From: an uncultured Saprospiraceae bacterium
GTDB lineage: Bacteria > Bacteroidota > Bacteroidia > Chitinophagales > Saprospiraceae
Direction: 5' to 3'
Length of the DNA: 29,122 nt
Assembly: GCA_964391045.1 (NCBI GenBank)
Contig: CAYMLN010000001.1
Location: 1-29,122, forward strand
This document shows positions 24,924 to 29,122 of this stretch, one piece after another. The position numbers and the translations under genes were made by a program. A model generated the notes under the pieces. The model was not told where the DNA came from. It worked only from the letters and a program-made list of their open reading frames with translations, and ran no database searches. Within the stretch, counting starts at the first letter, position 1. Each line of letters opens with the position of its first letter.

Positions 24924-27900
24924 ATGTGTTCGCGATCACCCAGTGCCTTCTCCTACCTTCCTTGGTTCCTGTTCCTGACATGGATGGGGCAAGGGATTGC
25001 CCAGCCCCGCTTTGACCTTGAGGCCATCACCCTCAAACATGGCCTTTCGCAAGGGATGATCTATGACATTATCCAGGACCGGGAGGGCTTCCTGTGGATC
25101 GCTACCAAGGACGGGCTCAACCGGTATGACGGGTATGAGTTCAGGGTGTTCACCAACGATCCGTATGATGACACCTCGATTTCGTCCAATACGGTGGTTT
25201 GCCTGTTTGAAGACAGCCAGGGCCGGATCTGGGCAGGTACGGATAACAAGGGACTCAACGTGTATGACAAGCGATCAGGCCGGTTCTACCGCTTCCAGTA
25301 CCGGCCCGGTGATCCATCCGGCCTCTCGGGCAACCGGATCACGGCCATCGCCGAGGATACCACTGGCCAGATCCTGGTCGGCATCAAAGAGGGTGGACTC
25401 AATTTGATCCGAATACCCGACACTTTCCCGGCTGCCGGGGACAGGCCGCTTGTCCGGCATTGTCCGCTGACAGCGGATCAGACCGTCACGGCTATCGCGG
25501 TCGACGGCATCGGACGATGCTGGGTCAGTGCCATCCGCCGCATTTACCGCCTGGAGTCAGGTTCTGCCACGTTGCAGCGGGTGCGGGAAGGGGTCGGTTT
25601 TCATACCTGGTGCCGTTCGGGTGACCGGGCCATCTGGGCCGGCGGCGCCGAGTCGGCGCCTTTTTGGTTTGATGGGGATCGAATCGTCCCTATGCCGGGG
25701 ATTCGGCCACCGGTGCGCAAGCTCGCCCTGGATGACCAGCAGCGCTTGTGGATCGTGACCTCGCACGGGCTATGGCTCTACGAGAACGGCGGTGTTCCGG
25801 TCGGTGCGCTCGTCCCGTTTGGCGGTGAACCGATCGTCAAGCGGCAGATGGCCTCCATGGTCATCGACCGGTCCGGCCAGGTGTGGTTGGGCACCCGGGG
25901 TTGGGGCTTGATCCGGGTGAATCCCCGCAGTCCGATTGTTAATCATCAGTTGCCAGGCGTGAGTTACAACCGGCTCCTCCATCAGGCGCCTGGGACGGTG
26001 ATCATGAGCACGGGCTACATCGTGTGGTACAGGTGGCATCAGGGCCAGATGGATACGACCAGCATCCGGGATGTTTTTCGCGGGCGTTGGCCCCATCAGT
26101 TGATCATCGGCCGCGACGAGGCATTTTGGGGGGCATTCCCGTATGTCCGGCCCAACCAGATCCTGCTTTGGAAGCGCCACCCCGTCACGGGCGATGAATG
26201 GCAGGTTTATGTCGACATGGAGTTCAACGAATACGTGTCGATGTTGGAGGACCGGCATGGCAATATCTGGTTGGCTGGCGTGGATGGCCGACTGTGCCGG
26301 GTGGACCCGAGGACCGCGAAGGTTGACTATTATGATATCCATCCCCTTTCGACAGCCGGCGCCTCCAAATCCTTTAGCACGCGGTTGTATGAGGATGCCT
26401 TTGGGGTGTTGTGGATAGGCACGCAAGAGGGCGTGGCCCGGGCGGATTTCGACAGTCCGCAGTCCGATCAACCGAGATTCACCTGGTATACGAATGACCC
26501 GATGAATCGAAATTCGCTCAACGCCAATTACGTCACGTCCCTGCTGACCGATCCCATCGAGCCGGAGCGATACATCTGGATCGCCACGAAGGGCGGCGGG
26601 CTCAACCGCCTGGACAAGCAAAGCGGGGTGTTCCGGCACTTCACGGTCAAGGAGGGACTGCCGAACAATGTCGTCTACGGACTGCTGGCGGATGCCGCCG
26701 GCCGGATCTGGGGCAGTTCCAACAAGGGATTGTTCTGCCTGATCCGCGATGGAGAATCCTTCGTGGTCCGTCACTTCAGCTCGGCCGATGGCTTGCAGGA
26801 CGATGAATTCAACACCGACGCTTTCCTAGCCCTGCCCGACGGGCGGTTGATGTTTGGCGGCGTGAACGGCATCAATACGTTTCATCCCGACGAGTTGATC
26901 TCCGCGGATTTCCAACCGCCGGTGTATATCACCAACCTGTGGGTCAACAATCGACTGGCGCGCCCGGACAGTGCGGGGAGCTTGCTCCGGCAGACGATCG
27001 AGACGACCCGGAGCATCACCCTTTCGCACGACCAGGACATCCTCACGCTCGAGTTTGCATCGCTGGATTTCACCTCGCCCGGCAACAACCAATACAGGTA
27101 TCAGTTGCTGGGCGCTGATCCCGATTGGGTCGACGCCCGGAACCGGCGGTCCGCCACCTATCTCCATCTTCCTCCGGGGACGTATACGTTTCGGGTGCAG
27201 GGCACCAACAGCCGGGGCATCTGGAGTCCGCACATCGCAGAGCTGCAGATCGTCATGTTGCCCCCGTGGTGGAAGACCTGGTGGGCGTACGCCGCCTATC
27301 TCGTGATCATCGGGTTGCTGATCCGGTACGCCGTCCGGTTTTATGTGAACCGGGAGAAACTGCAGACCCGCCTTGCCTTTGAAACGCGGGAGGCGGAGCG
27401 CGTCAAGGAGTTGGATGCCGTCAAGACGCACCTGTACACGAACATCACCCACGAGTTTCGGACGCCGCTGACCATCATCCTCGGGATGGCCCGCCAGGCG
27501 GCGCGGGATGCGGAAGGACCTGTGCGCACCAGCCTCGACATGATCATGCGCAACGGGCAGAATTTGTTGCGCCTCGTCAATGACATGCTCGACCTGTCCA
27601 AGCTCGACAGCGGCAAGATGAAGCTCCAGGTCGTTGAGGGCGACGTCATCGAATTCCTGAAGTATCTTTTCGAGTCCTTCTATTCCCTGGGCACGAGCCG
27701 GAACATCCAGCTGCACTTCCTGTCCGACCTCGATCACCTCACGTTCCGGTACGACCCCGAGAAGTGGCGTCAGATCATTTCAAATCTCTTGTCCAATGCC
27801 ATCAAGTTTACACCGGAAGGCGGACACGTCTACTTTTCGATCAGTCGACAGCCGGACGGTGCACTGGTGCTCAAGGTGAAGGATACGGGCATCGGACTCG

Positions 27901-29003
27901 CGGAGGAAGAACTGCCCCATATCTTCGACCGGTTCTACCAGGTTAACGAGGCGCCGACCGCCAAGAACGAGGGCACGGGCATCGGGCTCGCACTCACCCG
28001 CGAACTGGTCAGGCTCATGGAAGGAGAGATCAAGGTGAAGAGCCCAGCACCCGGTTCAACCCGAGGCGCTGAATTTACGGTCGTGCTTCCCTTGCTGACC
28101 GCGACGGTCTCCGAAGGCGCTGAAATTGTGAATGGGTGGAATGGGCAATCCTTACCCGCCCAGGACATTCAGTTGCCGGTGCAGGCGCCAATTCTAGATG
28201 AGCCTGTCCAGGAACCAGGGGACAAGCGGTCCAGATTGTTGTTGGTGGAGGACAATCCGGATATCGTGGCCTATATCGCCGGATGCCTGTCCGATTATGC
28301 CTTGATGGTCGCGCAGGATGGCCAGGAAGGCCTTGAGCTGGCAATAGCCAACATCCCGGATCTTATCATCAGCGATGTGATGATGCCGAGGATGGACGGT
28401 TTTGCCTTCTGCCGACACCTCAAGGTGGACGAGCGTACGAGCCACATCCCAATCATTATCCTGACCGCCAAGGCCGATATCGGCAGCAAGTTGGAGGGCA
28501 TCGATATCGGGGCGGACGCCTATCTGGAGAAACCTTTCTATCCGGAAGAACTGCTTCTACGCATCCGTAAGCTGCTGGAGCTTCGACTGCTGTTGCGCCA
28601 TCATTACCTCAGGACTGCCGGATTGAATGGTGAGGCGCGTGTCGATGTCGATCTTTCGATGGAAGCGCCGCCGGCCGAGGATGCCTTTATCCGCCGCGCC
28701 CGCGAGACTGTCGAGAATCATCTGACGGACTACGACTTCAATGTCGAGCAATTCTGCCGGGAGATGCTGCTCAGCCACTCTCAACTCCATCGCAAGCTCG
28801 ATGCACTCACGGGCATGTCTGCCGTGCAGTTTATCCGCAGCATCCGCCTCCGTCGCGCCAAGGAACTGCTCCAGGATCCGGAGTTGTCGATCACGGCCGT
28901 GGCCTTCGACTCGGGCTTCCAGGACCCGGGGTATTTCAGCCGCGTGTTCAAGCAGGCGTTTGGCGTCACGCCGAACGAATGGCGGATGAAAGGGAAAAGC
29001 TAA
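24924..29003 (+). CDS. Hybrid two-component system sensor kinase/response regulator (propeller-YYY-HisKA-HATPase-REC-AraC)
   Basis: Signal peptide ..GIA/Q, repeated QD..G.LWI.T..GLNRYD propeller blades, YYY domain (YRYQLLG..LPPGTYTFRVQG) and a TM (PPWWKTWWAY). H-box NITHEFRTPL, N-box NLLSNAIKFT, DTGIG and GTGIGL, REC (LLVEDN, SDVMMP, LTAK) and a C-terminal AraC HTH follow. The likely start is ATG 24924. Confidence 0.97.
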   Translation: MCSRSPSAFSYLPWFLFLTWMGQGIAQPRFDLEAITLKHGLSQGMIYDIIQDREGFLWIATKDGLNRYDGYEFRVFTNDPYDDTSISSNTVVCLFEDSQGRIWAGTDNKGLNVYDKRSGRFYRFQYRPGDPSGLSGNRITAIAEDTTGQILVGIKEGGLNLIRIPDTFPAAGDRPLVRHCPLTADQTVTAIAVDGIGRCWVSAIRRIYRLESGSATLQRVREGVGFHTWCRSGDRAIWAGGAESAPFWFDGDRIVPMPGIRPPVRKLALDDQQRLWIVTSHGLWLYENGGVPVGALVPFGGEPIVKRQMASMVIDRSGQVWLGTRGWGLIRVNPRSPIVNHQLPGVSYNRLLHQAPGTVIMSTGYIVWYRWHQGQMDTTSIRDVFRGRWPHQLIIGRDEAFWGAFPYVRPNQILLWKRHPVTGDEWQVYVDMEFNEYVSMLEDRHGNIWLAGVDGRLCRVDPRTAKVDYYDIHPLSTAGASKSFSTRLYEDAFGVLWIGTQEGVARADFDSPQSDQPRFTWYTNDPMNRNSLNANYVTSLLTDPIEPERYIWIATKGGGLNRLDKQSGVFRHFTVKEGLPNNVVYGLLADAAGRIWGSSNKGLFCLIRDGESFVVRHFSSADGLQDDEFNTDAFLALPDGRLMFGGVNGINTFHPDELISADFQPPVYITNLWVNNRLARPDSAGSLLRQTIETTRSITLSHDQDILTLEFASLDFTSPGNNQYRYQLLGADPDWVDARNRRSATYLHLPPGTYTFRVQGTNSRGIWSPHIAELQIVMLPPWWKTWWAYAAYLVIIGLLIRYAVRFYVNREKLQTRLAFETREAERVKELDAVKTHLYTNITHEFRTPLTIILGMARQAARDAEGPVRTSLDMIMRNGQNLLRLVNDMLDLSKLDSGKMKLQVVEGDVIEFLKYLFESFYSLGTSRNIQLHFLSDLDHLTFRYDPEKWRQIISNLLSNAIKFTPEGGHVYFSISRQPDGALVLKVKDTGIGLAEEELPHIFDRFYQVNEAPTAKNEGTGIGLALTRELVRLMEGEIKVKSPAPGSTRGAEFTVVLPLLTATVSEGAEIVNGWNGQSLPAQDIQLPVQAPILDEPVQEPGDKRSRLLLVEDNPDIVAYIAGCLSDYALMVAQDGQEGLELAIANIPDLIISDVMMPRMDGFAFCRHLKVDERTSHIPIIILTAKADIGSKLEGIDIGADAYLEKPFYPEELLLRIRKLLELRLLLRHHYLRTAGLNGEARVDVDLSMEAPPAEDAFIRRARETVENHLTDYDFNVEQFCREMLLSHSQLHRKLDALTGMSAVQFIRSIRLRRAKELLQDPELSITAVAFDSGFQDPGYFSRVFKQAFGVTPNEWRMKGKS

Positions 29004-29022
29004 AAGCTAAAAGGTAAAAGTT
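28995..29022. repeat. 4 x 7-nt tandem repeat (AAAAGCT)
   Basis: AAAAGCT AAAAGCT AAAAGGT AAAAGTT; it spans the HTCS stop codon. Confidence 0.8.
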
Positions 29023-29025
29023 TTA

Positions 29026-29122
29026 CCGCGGTGGGCGTCCTCGCCAATCGCAGGGGAAAATAATTGCCGCGGTGGGCGTCCCCGCCAACCGCAGGGGAAA
29101 ATAATTGCCGCGGTGGGCGTCC
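29026..29122. repeat. 41-bp tandem repeat of a REP-like hairpin (at least 2.4 units, truncated by the window)
   Basis: CCGCGGTGGGCGTC(C/T..)CGCCAA(T/C)CGCAGGGGAAAATAATTG units start at 29026, 29067 and 29108. The hairpin is GCGGTGGGCG-TCCC-CGCCAACCGC, and the 17-nt linker is identical between units. Confidence 0.9.

Noticed and set aside
25770-27737. Minus-strand ORFs of 334 and 303 aa inside the HTCS
   Set aside because: Antisense shadows of the HTCS with no recognisable domains.
24798-29003. Polysaccharide utilisation locus around the HTCS
   Set aside because: No susC/susD pair or CAZymes in the window; the region to the right cannot be seen.
29026-29122. CRISPR array
   Set aside because: The linkers are identical 17-mers rather than unique spacers, and no cas genes are seen.

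Overview
About 29 kb of GC-rich chromosomal DNA (roughly 60-65% by eye) from a member of the Bacteroidota. The evidence is two proteins with type IX secretion C-terminal domains, TAnnTTTG -7 promoter boxes, a hybrid two-component system (HTCS) and many signal peptides followed by Gln or a lipobox Cys. A Saprospirales-like host is an inference only. From 1 to about 24,700 every credible gene is on the minus strand: a truncated FecA-like TonB-dependent receptor, FkbM methyltransferase, S8 protease-T9SS, an AT-rich orphan lipoprotein, cysteine-synthase-family enzyme, DUF1028-T9SS, two paralogous small membrane proteins, a lipoprotein, DcaP porin, alpha-carbonic anhydrase, META protein, a CGC..CGC secreted protein, a 4-TM protein, DUF4239, BBP2 porin, an octaheme-HEAT-TPR cytochrome, SDR/epimerase, esterase, AI-2E transporter, Sua5, a propeller-cytochrome c lipoprotein and a stand-alone TonB C-terminal domain. 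One large HTCS gene runs divergently on the plus strand. I found no transposase, integrase, CRISPR array, rRNA or tRNA. The intergenic DNA holds several distinct REP-like palindrome families. The main leads are: (i) an octaheme lipoprotein translationally coupled to a beta-barrel porin; (ii) a carbonic anhydrase coupled to a DcaP porin, near a bestrophin-like gene; (iii) a ~41% GC orphan gene bracketed by 74-bp hairpin-rich direct repeats; (iv) a 21-bp-phased operator-like array between the HTCS and the divergent tonB-C gene. All family assignments come from motif recognition; no searches were run.
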